Shown: piece after piece, positions 17,607 through 27,131 of the stretch
Layout: the number at the start of each line of letters is the position of its first letter
Numbering within the stretch: the stretch's first letter is position 1
IMG/VR virus record: IMGVR_UViG_3300012952_000103
Coordinates: 1-27,131 of that record
Reading direction: 5' to 3' (one strand)
Length of the DNA stretch: 27,131 nucleotides
Origin: a virus
Taxonomy: Duplodnaviria > Caudoviricetes
The notes under the pieces: model-generated
The model's input: only the letters and a program-made list of their open reading frames with translations
Told to the model about the DNA's origin: nothing
The model's database searches: none
Made by a program: the position numbers and the translations under genes

Positions 17607-19178
17607 ATGGCTGCTGTAGTAACAGATCAATTTAGGATATTAAATGCTAGTAATTTTGTAGATTCTGTACTGAATGAAAATAATTCTTATTATGTATTCT
17701 TGGGTCTGTCTAATCCTACAGATCCAAATCCTGGTTTTGGTAGAACAACTACTTGGAATCAAGAAAATGATAGCAATAAAGATCCGGTAGATAATTTAGA
17801 TTATCTTTCTCATTATGGAAAAACATCTCTTTTCGGTAAAAAGATTACAAATAAAAATATTAGAAGAGTAATTAGGAAGGTTAATTGGTCATCTAATACA
17901 AGATATGAAATGTATCGTCATGATTATAGTAGTAGTAATCCTACCCCAAATTCCGATTCTTCTAGATTATATGACTCTAACTTCTATGTAATGAATAGTG
18001 ATTTTAAAGTTTATATTTGTATTGATAATGGATCATCCGTATCTAATCTAAAAGGTAATAAATCTCAAGATGAACCAACCTTTACAGATTTAGAACCATC
18101 ATCTGCAGGAACAAGTGGGGATGGATATATTTGGAAATACTTATTTTCTATTGCTCCAAGTGATATTATAAAGTTTGATTCTACAGAATATATTGTTGTT
18201 CCTAATGATTGGAGTACATCTACAGACCCTCAAATACAAAATGTTCGTGAGGCAGGAGATTCTAATACAAATTTAAATCAATTAAAAGCAGTTTATATTG
18301 CCGGTGCCGGAAATAACTACATATACAATCAAAGTAGTCCATCGGAAGAGTGTAATATTATTGGAGATGGTACTGGAGCAAAAGCACTAGTAACTGTTAG
18401 TAGCACTACTAAAATAGAATCGGTAAAAATAACCGCAGGTGGTAGTGGATATACTTATGGTTATGTCGATTTAAGCCCTTTGAGACCTGGTAATCACCCA
18501 TCATCAGATGCGGCAAAATTAATACCAATTATACCACCTTCTAAAGGTCATGGAAGTGATATTTATACAGAATTGGGTGCTGATAGAGTTTTAGTTTATG
18601 CTAGATTTGATGATTCTACTAGAGATTTTCCGACAAATACAAAATTTGCTCAGGTTGGAATTATAAAAAATCCCGAATCATTTGGTAGCACATCTATTTT
18701 TACTGATAATCAATATTCTTCATTATCAGCAATGAAAGTTACTACTACTAGTGATGATGGTCCAGACATCGGAGCAACTATTTCACAGACATTGACTGAT
18801 GGAACAACTGCAAAGGGGTATGTTGCTTCATATGATAAGGATACTAAGGTATTGAAATACTATACTGACAGAACTTTATGTTTTCAAAATAATGTGGATT
18901 CTACAGACAATGTAGCAAATTCTGAAGTTTTAAAATTTAGTTCAGATGGAGAACCTGTGACAACAGGTGATTTTACTGGATCTATTGATTCCTCCTTTGG
19001 AGATGGAACTCCAACTAATGTTTTTGATGGAATTAATTTGGGAGTTACTTTTACAAATGGACTTGCTGATCCCGAGATAAATAGAAAGACAGGAGACATA
19101 ATTTATATTGACAATCGAACTCTTGTAACTAGGGACTCTAGACAAAAAGAAGACGTTAAAATTATTCTGGAATTCTAA
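17607..19178 (+). CDS. gp8: Baseplate wedge subunit gp8
   Basis: MAAVVTDQFRILNA start, FYVMNSDFKVYICIDNG, GDGYIWKYLF, and C-terminal GDIIYIDNR...R...QKEDVKIILEF typical of gp8. Confidence 0.92.
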   Translation: MAAVVTDQFRILNASNFVDSVLNENNSYYVFLGLSNPTDPNPGFGRTTTWNQENDSNKDPVDNLDYLSHYGKTSLFGKKITNKNIRRVIRKVNWSSNTRYEMYRHDYSSSNPTPNSDSSRLYDSNFYVMNSDFKVYICIDNGSSVSNLKGNKSQDEPTFTDLEPSSAGTSGDGYIWKYLFSIAPSDIIKFDSTEYIVVPNDWSTSTDPQIQNVREAGDSNTNLNQLKAVYIAGAGNNYIYNQSSPSEECNIIGDGTGAKALVTVSSTTKIESVKITAGGSGYTYGYVDLSPLRPGNHPSSDAAKLIPIIPPSKGHGSDIYTELGADRVLVYARFDDSTRDFPTNTKFAQVGIIKNPESFGSTSIFTDNQYSSLSAMKVTTTSDDGPDIGATISQTLTDGTTAKGYVASYDKDTKVLKYYTDRTLCFQNNVDSTDNVANSEVLKFSSDGEPVTTGDFTGSIDSSFGDGTPTNVFDGINLGVTFTNGLADPEINRKTGDIIYIDNRTLVTRDSRQKEDVKIILEF

Positions 19179-19184
19179 AATCAA

Positions 19185-22100
19185 ATGGCACAAAAAAGAA
19201 ATTTAAATATTAATCCATATTATGATGACTTTAATTCGGATAGTAACTTTTATAAAGTTTTATTCAAACCTGGGTTTCCTGTACAGGCAAGAGAATTAAC
19301 AACTCTACAATCAATATTACAAAATCAAGTAGAGGATTTTGGTAGTCATATATTTAAAGAAGGATCGATAGTATCTCCTGGAGGTATTACATATGATGGT
19401 CAATTTTATGCAGTAAAGTTAAATTCTACAAATTTTGGTGTAAATATTTCTCTTTATATTGATCAATATCTTGGTAAGAAGATAACTGGGCAATCATCAG
19501 GAACAACTGCTCAAGTTGTTTTTATTTCATATCCAAGTGAAAATTCTAATGTAGAAAATTTGACTCTTTATGTCAAATATGTAGATTCTAATAATAATTT
19601 TGTTTTTGATCAATTTGAAGATGGTGAATCATTAATTGCAGATGAAAATGTAACTTATGGAAATACTACTATAAATGCTGGAACTGCTTTTGCATCTTTA
19701 ACAAATTTAAATGCAACTTCTATAGGGTCTGCAGCATCTATTGATAATGGAGTATATTTTATTCGTGGATATTTTGTAAATGTAGAGAAACAAACTATTT
19801 TACTTGATGAATATACTAATACTCCTTCATATAGAGTTGGTTTAAAAATTGATGAAACTTTTGTGAATGCAAAGGATGATAGTTCATTATATGATAATGC
19901 AAAGGGATTTTCTAATTATGCCGCTCCCGGAGCAGATAGATTAAAAATTACTTTAACATTATCAAAAAAACTTTTAACTAATTTTGATGATACTGATTTC
20001 GTTGAAATTCTGAGAGTCAGAGATGGAAAAATTCAATTCATAGAAACAAAATCTGATTATAACTTAATAAAAGATTATATTGCAGAAAGAACTAATGATG
20101 AATCTGGTAGCTATTCTGTAAATCCATTTAATGTTTCTGCACATAATTCATTAAATGATGGCTTGGGAAATGATGGATTATATTTTAAGGATCAAAAAAC
20201 GGATCAATTAAATACACCATCAGATGATTTGATGTGTGTAAAAGTTTCTCCAGGAAAAGCATATGTTAAAGGATATGATGTAGAAACAACAGGAACAACA
20301 GTCATTGATGTTAATAAACCAAGAGATACTCAATCAATATCAAATTCAAATGTTTCCTTTTCCATGGGAAATCTTTTGAGAGTTAATAATGTTACTGGAG
20401 TTCCTAAAGAAAGATCTATAATAAGTCTTCATAGTGAACACAATTCTGGCGGTGTTGGAGTTGGTAGTGCGAGGTTATATACTTTTAACGTAACTGATGC
20501 ATCTTATACGGGAAAAAATTCCACCAATTGGGATTTATGTTTGTATGATATACAAACATATACTGTTATAACATTATCTAGCTCATTAGTTGTATCAAAA
20601 TCATCATATATTGAAGGTAAAAATAGTGGTGCAAATGGTTTTACAATTGCTGATAGTTCGTCAGATCTTATAACTTTAACACAAACTTCAGGAAAATTTT
20701 CACCAGGAGAACAAATATTACTTAATGGGGAAAATAAACCAAGAGTAATTAAATCTATAAAAACTTATGGAACTGAAGATATTAAATCAGTAAGTCAATC
20801 TGGAGTTGGAGCATTTAATTTTAAAGCAGATACTTTCTTAGATAAATTTCCATTACCTAATGGGGTGACGGAATTAACTATTAGTGGTCTTTCAGCTACC
20901 AGTCCTGGTAAAGTATTTACTGGAATAAAAACAGATTCTGTTATTAGATATCAAAGAACAACTGCTGGATTTGCAACAGAGACATTTAATAGAGTTGCAG
21001 AAGTTTCTTCTGATGGTCTTACATTAACTTTAGCAGGAATTACTACAGTATCTGGTATTTTTGATGGTGGAGAAGCTAATGGAACATATTCAGTTACTTT
21101 AGGATCTCCAATTTTAAGAAATGATGATTCCTCTTCTTTATATGAAAAACTTCCAGAACCAAATATTTCTTCTGTAAATCTTTCTTCTTCTACTTTATTA
21201 ATTAGAGAACAATTAGAGGGAGAGTCTGTTTCCGGAGCAGCTTTAACGGTAACCACATCCGCAACAGAAATTAGTGGAATAGGTAGTATTTTCTTTACTG
21301 CATTTGATGCAGAAAGATATTCTATTCATTATAATAATGGTGGAATAGGAACAGTAACTTCAGATTCTTTTACTCATAGTGATGGCGAAGTAACATTTAG
21401 AGGTCTTAGTGATGGTAATAATGTAGTAGTTAATACAACTCTCAAAAAAGTGGGGATAAAAAGTAAGAAAAAATTATATAAGAGAGATGGATTATTAACA
21501 GTCGATAAATCTGTTTCTGGAGTCACCACTTCATTGAGTGGATTGACAACAAGTCAATATTATGGATTAAGAGTTCAAGATGAAGAAATTTCATTAAATC
21601 GCCCTGACGTAATTAGAGTATTGGCTATTCATGAATCTTTAGATACTGATGCTTCTTCTTTAGATAAAATCACATTTCAATCTGATGTCAATGATTCTAT
21701 AGTTGGAGAAAATATTGTTAGTAGTGAAAGTAACGCAATTGCTAGAGTTGTACAAAATTCAACTAATAATTCGGATTTAAATAATAAGACTGTTTCTGTT
21801 GTCTATCTTAATATGGATAGATTTGTTAAGAACGAAAAAGTTGAATTTGAAGAATCTAATATTTCTTTAAATATATCCGCAATTACTGCTGGCAAATATA
21901 AAGATTTAACCAACGCTTATGATTTGGATAAAGGTCAAAGAGAACAATATTATGATTATTCTAGAATTGTAAGGAATTTAAATACACCAACACCATCTAG
22001 AAAACTTTCGGTAATATTTGATTATTATGATATAGATTCTTCAGATAGTGGAGATTTATTTACTGTGATGAGTTATGGTGAAGGAAATTATTCTAATGAT

Positions 22101-25100
22101 ATTCCAGAAATTGGTAATAATTCTATAAGAGCTTCTGATATTTTAGATTTTCGTCCAAGAGTATCTGTATTTAATAGTTCTACACAATCTCCATTTGATT
22201 TTGATTCGAGAGATTTTAGTTCACAACCAACTAGAATTTTAGCGCCAAATGAAGATTCTTTAGTTGGATATGAATTTTACCTTGGTAGAATTGATAAATT
22301 ATATATTGATAAGAAAGGTGTGTTATCAATAACTAAAGGAAATTCTTCACAAACCCCACAAGAACCATCATCAACTAATAATGAAATTATGGAGATAGCA
22401 ACTATTAAGTTGCCACCATATCTTTATAATCCAAGAGATATTCAAATATCTCTTGTTGATAATAGAAGATATACTATGAGAGATATTGGTAGAATTGAAG
22501 ATAGAGTTGAAAATTTAGAAGAGGTCACTTCTCTTTCTTTACTAGAATTAAATGTTAAGAGTCTTCAGATAAGAGATTCTGATGGGAATGAAAGATTTAA
22601 GAGTGGATTTTTTGTGGATGATTTTAAAAATGAATCTTTGATTGATTTAAAAGTATCTTCAGTTGAAGTTGATTCTGATAATCAAGAATTGACACCGATT
22701 ATTAGTAGAAACTCATTAGAAAGTTTAGTTGCATTTAAAGATTTTGTTATAGACACTGATTTAGATCTTTCTCTAGACTCTACTTTATTAGATTCAAATG
22801 TGCAGAAGACTGGAGGAGCAATTACTTTAAAATATGAAGAGGATATTAATTGGATAGAACAACCTTTAGCTACAAGAGTTGAAAACGTTAATCCATTCCA
22901 TGTAATTGAGTATACTGGCACAGTTCAATTAAATCCATCTGTTGATTCTTGGGTTAGAACAATTCGTATTGGTAGTATAACTACGGGATGGGGATGGCAA
23001 GTAGCATCTTCTTCGGATGTTGTTCGTGCTTCAGGAAATGAACAGTTCATGAGATCTAGAAATACTGAATTTTCTGTTCAAAACATTAAACCATTAACTA
23101 GATTTTATCAATTCCTTGATGGAATTTCTGGAGTTGATTTTATTCCCAAATTAATTGAAATTGCAACTGATTCATCATTAGAAACTTATGGAGCATCTGC
23201 AGCATTTACTGTTGGAGAAGAAGTGAGAGGATATAATGCTGCTGGAGAACAGTTAATTAGTTTTAGAGTAGCAAAATCAAATCATAAAGGAGGATCTTTT
23301 AGTTCTCCATCATTAGTATATAATATTAATCCATATATTAAGACGGAAAATATCAGTGAAGAATATAGTCAATCTTCAAAAGTCTTAAATGTAGATACTT
23401 TTTCTTTAGCATCTCAAGCACAAGGAAGATATTCTGGATATCTTCTTAAAGGAATGCAATTAGTTGGGCAAACTAGTGGTTCAATTGCCTTTGTTAAGGA
23501 TCTTAGATTAATTTCTGATAATTATGGTGATCTTATTGGATCATTCTTCATCAGAAATCCATTAACTACTCCTGCACCTCTGATTAGAATATCTACAGGA
23601 ACAAAAACCTATAGAATTACTAACAGTTCCACAAATGCTAAACCTTTGCCAGGTAGCAAACTTATAACTTCTGCAGAGACCTCGTATCAATCTACAGGAA
23701 TTTGGAGAATGATACAAAGAGTTACTGTTTTAACTGCTCCTCCGCCACCACCAGTATTCTATGGAGATCCTTTAGCTCAAACTTTTGCTATTGGTGGTAA
23801 TATTAGTGATATACAAGCACCTAATATTGATTATCAAACTGATGATAGTGAAGGAGCTTTCTTAACTGCTGTAGATTTATTCTTTGGAAATGTTCCTACA
23901 GGAGACCATCCAGTTAGAGTTGAAATTAGAACAGTTGAGTTGGGAACACCTACAACAACTGTTGTAGGAAGACCTGTTGTATTAAGACCAACAACTACGA
24001 ATGCCAATGGTGATAGAGTTGTTGGAATAATAACATCAAGAGATGGAGAAACAGCTACTAAGGCAGTTTTTCCAGAACCGATTTATTTGTCTCCAGGTAA
24101 AGAATATGCAGTTGTTATTCTTGCTCCAACTACGGATGAATATGAATTGTGGTGTGCTCAAATGGGAGAAATTACTGTAAATACACAATCTCTTCCAAAT
24201 TCTGAAGCAGTAAAATATACAAAACAATTTGCTTTAGGAAGTCTATTTAAATCTCAAAATGGATCTATATGGACAGAAAATCAATATCAGGATCTTAAAT
24301 TTAAATTATATAAAGCTAAGTTTATAGAAAGTTCTGGAACAGCATTTTTCTATAATCCAACATTAGATGGTAGTAATGGTTATATTCCAAATCTTGGAAA
24401 TAATCCAATTAGAACACTACCAAAGACTGGAACTATAGGAATTACTACAATTAAAAGAGAGCCTGCTGCAAATCTTACTCATATGAGAGATGAAATTCTC
24501 TATATTGGAAGAAAACTTTCAGGAGCAACTCCAAATAGCTCTGCATTTATTGTTGGAACTGGTTCATCTGTTGTAAGTGCAGAAGTTACTGGTGTAGGAA
24601 CCAATTATTTGGGAACAATTAGTAATGTAGGAACCTATAACATAACTGGGCAGGGTAGTGGATTAAGATTGTCTTTAACTCCCTCTGGAGGCGTCTTGAA
24701 TGGTGCTATTACTATTAATTCCCATGGTAATGGATACCAATCTGGTGATGTAGTTGGTATTGTAACAGGTGATACTGGTGAAAAAATTGGTAGAGATGGA
24801 ACTATTACCATTACTGAAGTTGATGGTATCGATACATTATTTGTTGCCGGTGTTCAAGGTGAATTTGGTTCAGATCCTGCTCATGCTTTTAAACCTGGAA
24901 TAGCAGTAAGTTATTATAATGCTTCTGGAACAATAGTAAGTTTGGCAACTACTCAAATCATAAGTTCTAGTGGTCCTACAGACTCACAGTTCTCCGGTAA
25001 TTATTTCAGAGTTAATCATTTTGATCATGGTATGTATTCTGGAATCAATAGTGTCAGAATAAGTAACGTAGAATCAAGTTATTCACCGACAACATTAAAT

Positions 25101-26360
25101 GCAGAATTATCTGCAGGTTCTGGAGTATCAGCAACAATTAGTGTTGCTAATACTGCGAATTTCAATACTTTTGAGGGTGTGCCACTAAATGCTACTACTA
25201 ATAAAGGTTATATAAAAATTGGGGATGAAGTAATAGAATATAATGCAGTTGGTGTTGGTAATCTAACAATATCAAATAGAGGTATTGAGGGGAAAATTAT
25301 AAATCATCCTATAGATTCTATAGTATACAAATATGAATTAAATGGTGTTTCTTTGAGAAGAATAAATAAAATTCATCAAATAGATGATAGCAATATTGAT
25401 ATTGATGCATATAATATTGCTATTAATAGGGGTATTGCTCTAGGTGCTAATCGTTCATCTGATAGTGATACATTGTATCCGGAATTGTCATTCTTTGATG
25501 AATCATATTTGGGTGGTCAAAGTGTAAAAGCAACTGAAAATATTGAATTTAGTGAAGTAATTCCAAAATATGATATATTGACTCCTGGTTCAACCACATC
25601 GGTTAATGCATCAATTAGAACAGTAAGTGGAACCAGTGTTGGTGGAAACGAAGCATCATTTGTTGATCAAGGATTTGAATCTGTTGAATTAAATCAATTA
25701 AATAGATTATCTTCCCCTAGAATTATTTGCTCTAAAGTTAATGAAGAAAAACACCTGAATAGTTTGCCAAGAAATAAATCATTTACTACAGGAATAACAT
25801 TAAACAGATCTGATAATAATGTTAATTTGTCTCCAATTATTTACTTGAATAGTAGAGTTGTTGAACCAGAAACTGAATTTAGAAGTGCTAGATTAAATAA
25901 TCCAACTTCAAATTATTCCAATGATGGTAGAGTGAATACTCTTACATTTGATCCACACTCTTCTGTTTATGTTTCAAATACTATATCATTAAAGCACCCT
26001 GCCACAGCATTAAAAGTATTTGTTGCCGCATATAGAGATCAATCAGCAGATTTTAGAGTTCTTTATCAATTGATAAGATCTACCTCTGATGATAATTCTC
26101 AAGAATTTGAATTATTCCCTGGTTATGATAATTTGAAATTTGCTAATGAAGATGGATATAATGTATTAGATTCTTCTAAAAATACTGGAAGACCTGACCG
26201 TAAAGTTCAATCAAGTTTAGATAATGAATATTTGGAGTATGAATTTACTGCGGATAATATTGGAGAGTTTGTTGGTTATAGAATTAAAATTGCAATGTCT
26301 GGTACAAATCAGGCAAAATATCCAAGATTTAAAGATTTTAGATCCATTGCTACAAGATGA
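19185..26360 (+). CDS. Large virion structural protein, VrlC/DUF4815-like (2391 aa)
   Basis: NPYYDDF...FYKVLFKPGFPVQARELTTLQSILQNQ, APGADRLKI, NRRYTMRDIG, RFKSGFFVDDF, DPLAQTF, GSLFKSQN..W...Q.QDLKF and a C-terminal P..KDFR.IA motif. Follows gp8 as in cyanomyoviruses. Confidence 0.85.
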   Translation: MAQKRNLNINPYYDDFNSDSNFYKVLFKPGFPVQARELTTLQSILQNQVEDFGSHIFKEGSIVSPGGITYDGQFYAVKLNSTNFGVNISLYIDQYLGKKITGQSSGTTAQVVFISYPSENSNVENLTLYVKYVDSNNNFVFDQFEDGESLIADENVTYGNTTINAGTAFASLTNLNATSIGSAASIDNGVYFIRGYFVNVEKQTILLDEYTNTPSYRVGLKIDETFVNAKDDSSLYDNAKGFSNYAAPGADRLKITLTLSKKLLTNFDDTDFVEILRVRDGKIQFIETKSDYNLIKDYIAERTNDESGSYSVNPFNVSAHNSLNDGLGNDGLYFKDQKTDQLNTPSDDLMCVKVSPGKAYVKGYDVETTGTTVIDVNKPRDTQSISNSNVSFSMGNLLRVNNVTGVPKERSIISLHSEHNSGGVGVGSARLYTFNVTDASYTGKNSTNWDLCLYDIQTYTVITLSSSLVVSKSSYIEGKNSGANGFTIADSSSDLITLTQTSGKFSPGEQILLNGENKPRVIKSIKTYGTEDIKSVSQSGVGAFNFKADTFLDKFPLPNGVTELTISGLSATSPGKVFTGIKTDSVIRYQRTTAGFATETFNRVAEVSSDGLTLTLAGITTVSGIFDGGEANGTYSVTLGSPILRNDDSSSLYEKLPEPNISSVNLSSSTLLIREQLEGESVSGAALTVTTSATEISGIGSIFFTAFDAERYSIHYNNGGIGTVTSDSFTHSDGEVTFRGLSDGNNVVVNTTLKKVGIKSKKKLYKRDGLLTVDKSVSGVTTSLSGLTTSQYYGLRVQDEEISLNRPDVIRVLAIHESLDTDASSLDKITFQSDVNDSIVGENIVSSESNAIARVVQNSTNNSDLNNKTVSVVYLNMDRFVKNEKVEFEESNISLNISAITAGKYKDLTNAYDLDKGQREQYYDYSRIVRNLNTPTPSRKLSVIFDYYDIDSSDSGDLFTVMSYGEGNYSNDIPEIGNNSIRASDILDFRPRVSVFNSSTQSPFDFDSRDFSSQPTRILAPNEDSLVGYEFYLGRIDKLYIDKKGVLSITKGNSSQTPQEPSSTNNEIMEIATIKLPPYLYNPRDIQISLVDNRRYTMRDIGRIEDRVENLEEVTSLSLLELNVKSLQIRDSDGNERFKSGFFVDDFKNESLIDLKVSSVEVDSDNQELTPIISRNSLESLVAFKDFVIDTDLDLSLDSTLLDSNVQKTGGAITLKYEEDINWIEQPLATRVENVNPFHVIEYTGTVQLNPSVDSWVRTIRIGSITTGWGWQVASSSDVVRASGNEQFMRSRNTEFSVQNIKPLTRFYQFLDGISGVDFIPKLIEIATDSSLETYGASAAFTVGEEVRGYNAAGEQLISFRVAKSNHKGGSFSSPSLVYNINPYIKTENISEEYSQSSKVLNVDTFSLASQAQGRYSGYLLKGMQLVGQTSGSIAFVKDLRLISDNYGDLIGSFFIRNPLTTPAPLIRISTGTKTYRITNSSTNAKPLPGSKLITSAETSYQSTGIWRMIQRVTVLTAPPPPPVFYGDPLAQTFAIGGNISDIQAPNIDYQTDDSEGAFLTAVDLFFGNVPTGDHPVRVEIRTVELGTPTTTVVGRPVVLRPTTTNANGDRVVGIITSRDGETATKAVFPEPIYLSPGKEYAVVILAPTTDEYELWCAQMGEITVNTQSLPNSEAVKYTKQFALGSLFKSQNGSIWTENQYQDLKFKLYKAKFIESSGTAFFYNPTLDGSNGYIPNLGNNPIRTLPKTGTIGITTIKREPAANLTHMRDEILYIGRKLSGATPNSSAFIVGTGSSVVSAEVTGVGTNYLGTISNVGTYNITGQGSGLRLSLTPSGGVLNGAITINSHGNGYQSGDVVGIVTGDTGEKIGRDGTITITEVDGIDTLFVAGVQGEFGSDPAHAFKPGIAVSYYNASGTIVSLATTQIISSSGPTDSQFSGNYFRVNHFDHGMYSGINSVRISNVESSYSPTTLNAELSAGSGVSATISVANTANFNTFEGVPLNATTNKGYIKIGDEVIEYNAVGVGNLTISNRGIEGKIINHPIDSIVYKYELNGVSLRRINKIHQIDDSNIDIDAYNIAINRGIALGANRSSDSDTLYPELSFFDESYLGGQSVKATENIEFSEVIPKYDILTPGSTTSVNASIRTVSGTSVGGNEASFVDQGFESVELNQLNRLSSPRIICSKVNEEKHLNSLPRNKSFTTGITLNRSDNNVNLSPIIYLNSRVVEPETEFRSARLNNPTSNYSNDGRVNTLTFDPHSSVYVSNTISLKHPATALKVFVAAYRDQSADFRVLYQLIRSTSDDNSQEFELFPGYDNLKFANEDGYNVLDSSKNTGRPDRKVQSSLDNEYLEYEFTADNIGEFVGYRIKIAMSGTNQAKYPRFKDFRSIATR

Positions 26361-26557
26361 TAAAAGTTGAAGGGTATCAAAATTTATATCGAGATGAGAA
26401 TAGTGGCGCTATAATTAATTGTGATTCTATTGGATATGAAAATTATTTAAGTGCCATTTCCCGCAAAGAATCGGAAAAAAAGCAACTAGATATTATGAGA
26501 AAAGAAATTGATGAATTAAAATCTTTACTAAAGGAGCTTACAAATGGATCCAGATAG
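26357..26557 (+). CDS. Small phage protein with C-terminal coiled coil (66 aa)
   Basis: ATGA overlap with the upstream gene. KVEG..NLYRD..SGAIIN motif followed by heptad-like EIDELKSLLKEL. Confidence 0.8.
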   Translation: MIKVEGYQNLYRDENSGAIINCDSIGYENYLSAISRKESEKKQLDIMRKEIDELKSLLKELTNGSR

Positions 26558-26717
26558 CATTGAATTGACTAGTATTGGAAAAATGTTTGAGTATGAAAAG
26601 CAAGCGAGAGAGATTGATGAGTGTAGGGATATTGATGAATTGAAACAGATGTTAAAGACTTCTATTAAGTTATATTTGAAGCAACAGGAAGTTATTTCTA
26701 CTATGGGTATAAAGTAA
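26544..26717 (+). CDS. NblA-like helical-hairpin protein (57 aa, not in ORF track)
   Basis: SD AAGGAG at 26531-26536, ATG 26544, TAA 26715-26717. Translation: MDPDSIELTSIGKMFEYEKQAREIDECRDIDELKQMLKTSIKLYLKQQEVISTMGIK. The ORF is well supported. The NblA resemblance (EL......F, two amphipathic helices, size) is judged by eye. Confidence 0.55.
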   Translation: MDPDSIELTSIGKMFEYEKQAREIDECRDIDELKQMLKTSIKLYLKQQEVISTMGIK

Positions 26718-26719
26718 GA

Positions 26720-26748
26720 TATAAATATAAGGAGAGACTATATTTATA
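26720..26748 (+). promoter_or_regulatory. Late promoter TATAAATA (26720-26727) within a perfect 10-bp inverted repeat
   Basis: TATAAATATA 26720-26729 is the reverse complement of TATATTTATA 26739-26748, with a 9-nt loop AGGAGAGAC. Confidence 0.8.
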
Positions 26749-26754
26749 AGATAG

Positions 26755-27096
26755 ATGGCAGCTACGTACGTTAGCAATATTACCATTAATAGCGGAGAAG
26801 ATTTTTCTCAAACATTTACATTAGAATCTTCCGATTCTAGTTCTCCATTAAATCTTGATGGATATACTGTAACTTCTCAAATGAGAAAACATGCTGGAAG
26901 TTCAACTAAAACAGATTTTACAACATCTGTAGTTTCGCCAGCATCTGATGGAACCATAAAACTTACTTTAGCGAATACTTCTACTGTTAATTTAAAAGCG
27001 GGGAGATATGTTTATGATATTGTAATTGAAAAGGATTCAGTTAAAACAAGAGTTCTTGAAGGTATGGTACTTGTTAGGCAGGGAGTAACTCGCTAA
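26755..27096 (+). CDS. Virion structural protein, BppU N-terminal-like Ig-type domain (113 aa)
   Basis: NITI..GEDFSQTF.L...PLNL.GY...SQMRK...G.I.L.L....T..L.AGRYVYDI...RVLEG...V..GVT pattern of tail/baseplate accessory proteins. Follows a late promoter. Confidence 0.75.
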   Translation: MAATYVSNITINSGEDFSQTFTLESSDSSSPLNLDGYTVTSQMRKHAGSSTKTDFTTSVVSPASDGTIKLTLANTSTVNLKAGRYVYDIVIEKDSVKTRVLEGMVLVRQGVTR

Positions 27097-27131
27097 TGGC
27101 AGATGTTAAGGTTAAGGTAAATCAAAATAAC
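27096..27131 (+). CDS. Start of next CDS, truncated by window end (MADVKVKVNQNN...)
   Basis: TAATG stop/start overlap at 27094-27098; frame stays open to the window end. Confidence 0.6.
   Translation, partial: MADVKVKVNQNN

Noticed and set aside
3437-24227. Short antisense or alternate-frame ORFs inside gp6, gp7, gp8 and the VrlC-like gene
   Set aside because: Expected by-products of codon bias in long genes, with no independent signals seen.
5293-26360. Introns, inteins or alternative genetic code explaining the giant ORFs
   Set aside because: The frames are uninterrupted in the standard code, and I saw no intein splice motifs or homing-endonuclease signatures.

Overview
This window comes from a T4-like cyanophage (cyanomyovirus) genome, and every credible gene is on the + strand. 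Bases 1-499 end a block of small, relatively GC-richer early-type genes (KTSC-like, HicA-like). A structured non-coding junction follows (~500-690), then a short AbrB/MazE-fold gene missed by the ORF track. A consensus sigma70 promoter (853-881) precedes a tightly coupled four-gene unit: GT-A glycosyltransferase, small hypothetical, basic YRGQG peptide and a 232-aa hypothetical. The rest is an AT-rich late structural module with T4-type late promoters: gp25, gp6, a 4095-aa gp7-like wedge protein, gp8, a 2391-aa VrlC/DUF4815-like protein and small genes, including an unannotated NblA-like ORF. Most of the window is an ordinary baseplate module. The best candidates for novel biology are the HicA-like / structured element / acidic AbrB-like cluster, the NblA-like gene in the late operon, and hairpins over late-gene translation starts. 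Family assignments come from motif recognition by eye and have not been checked against databases.
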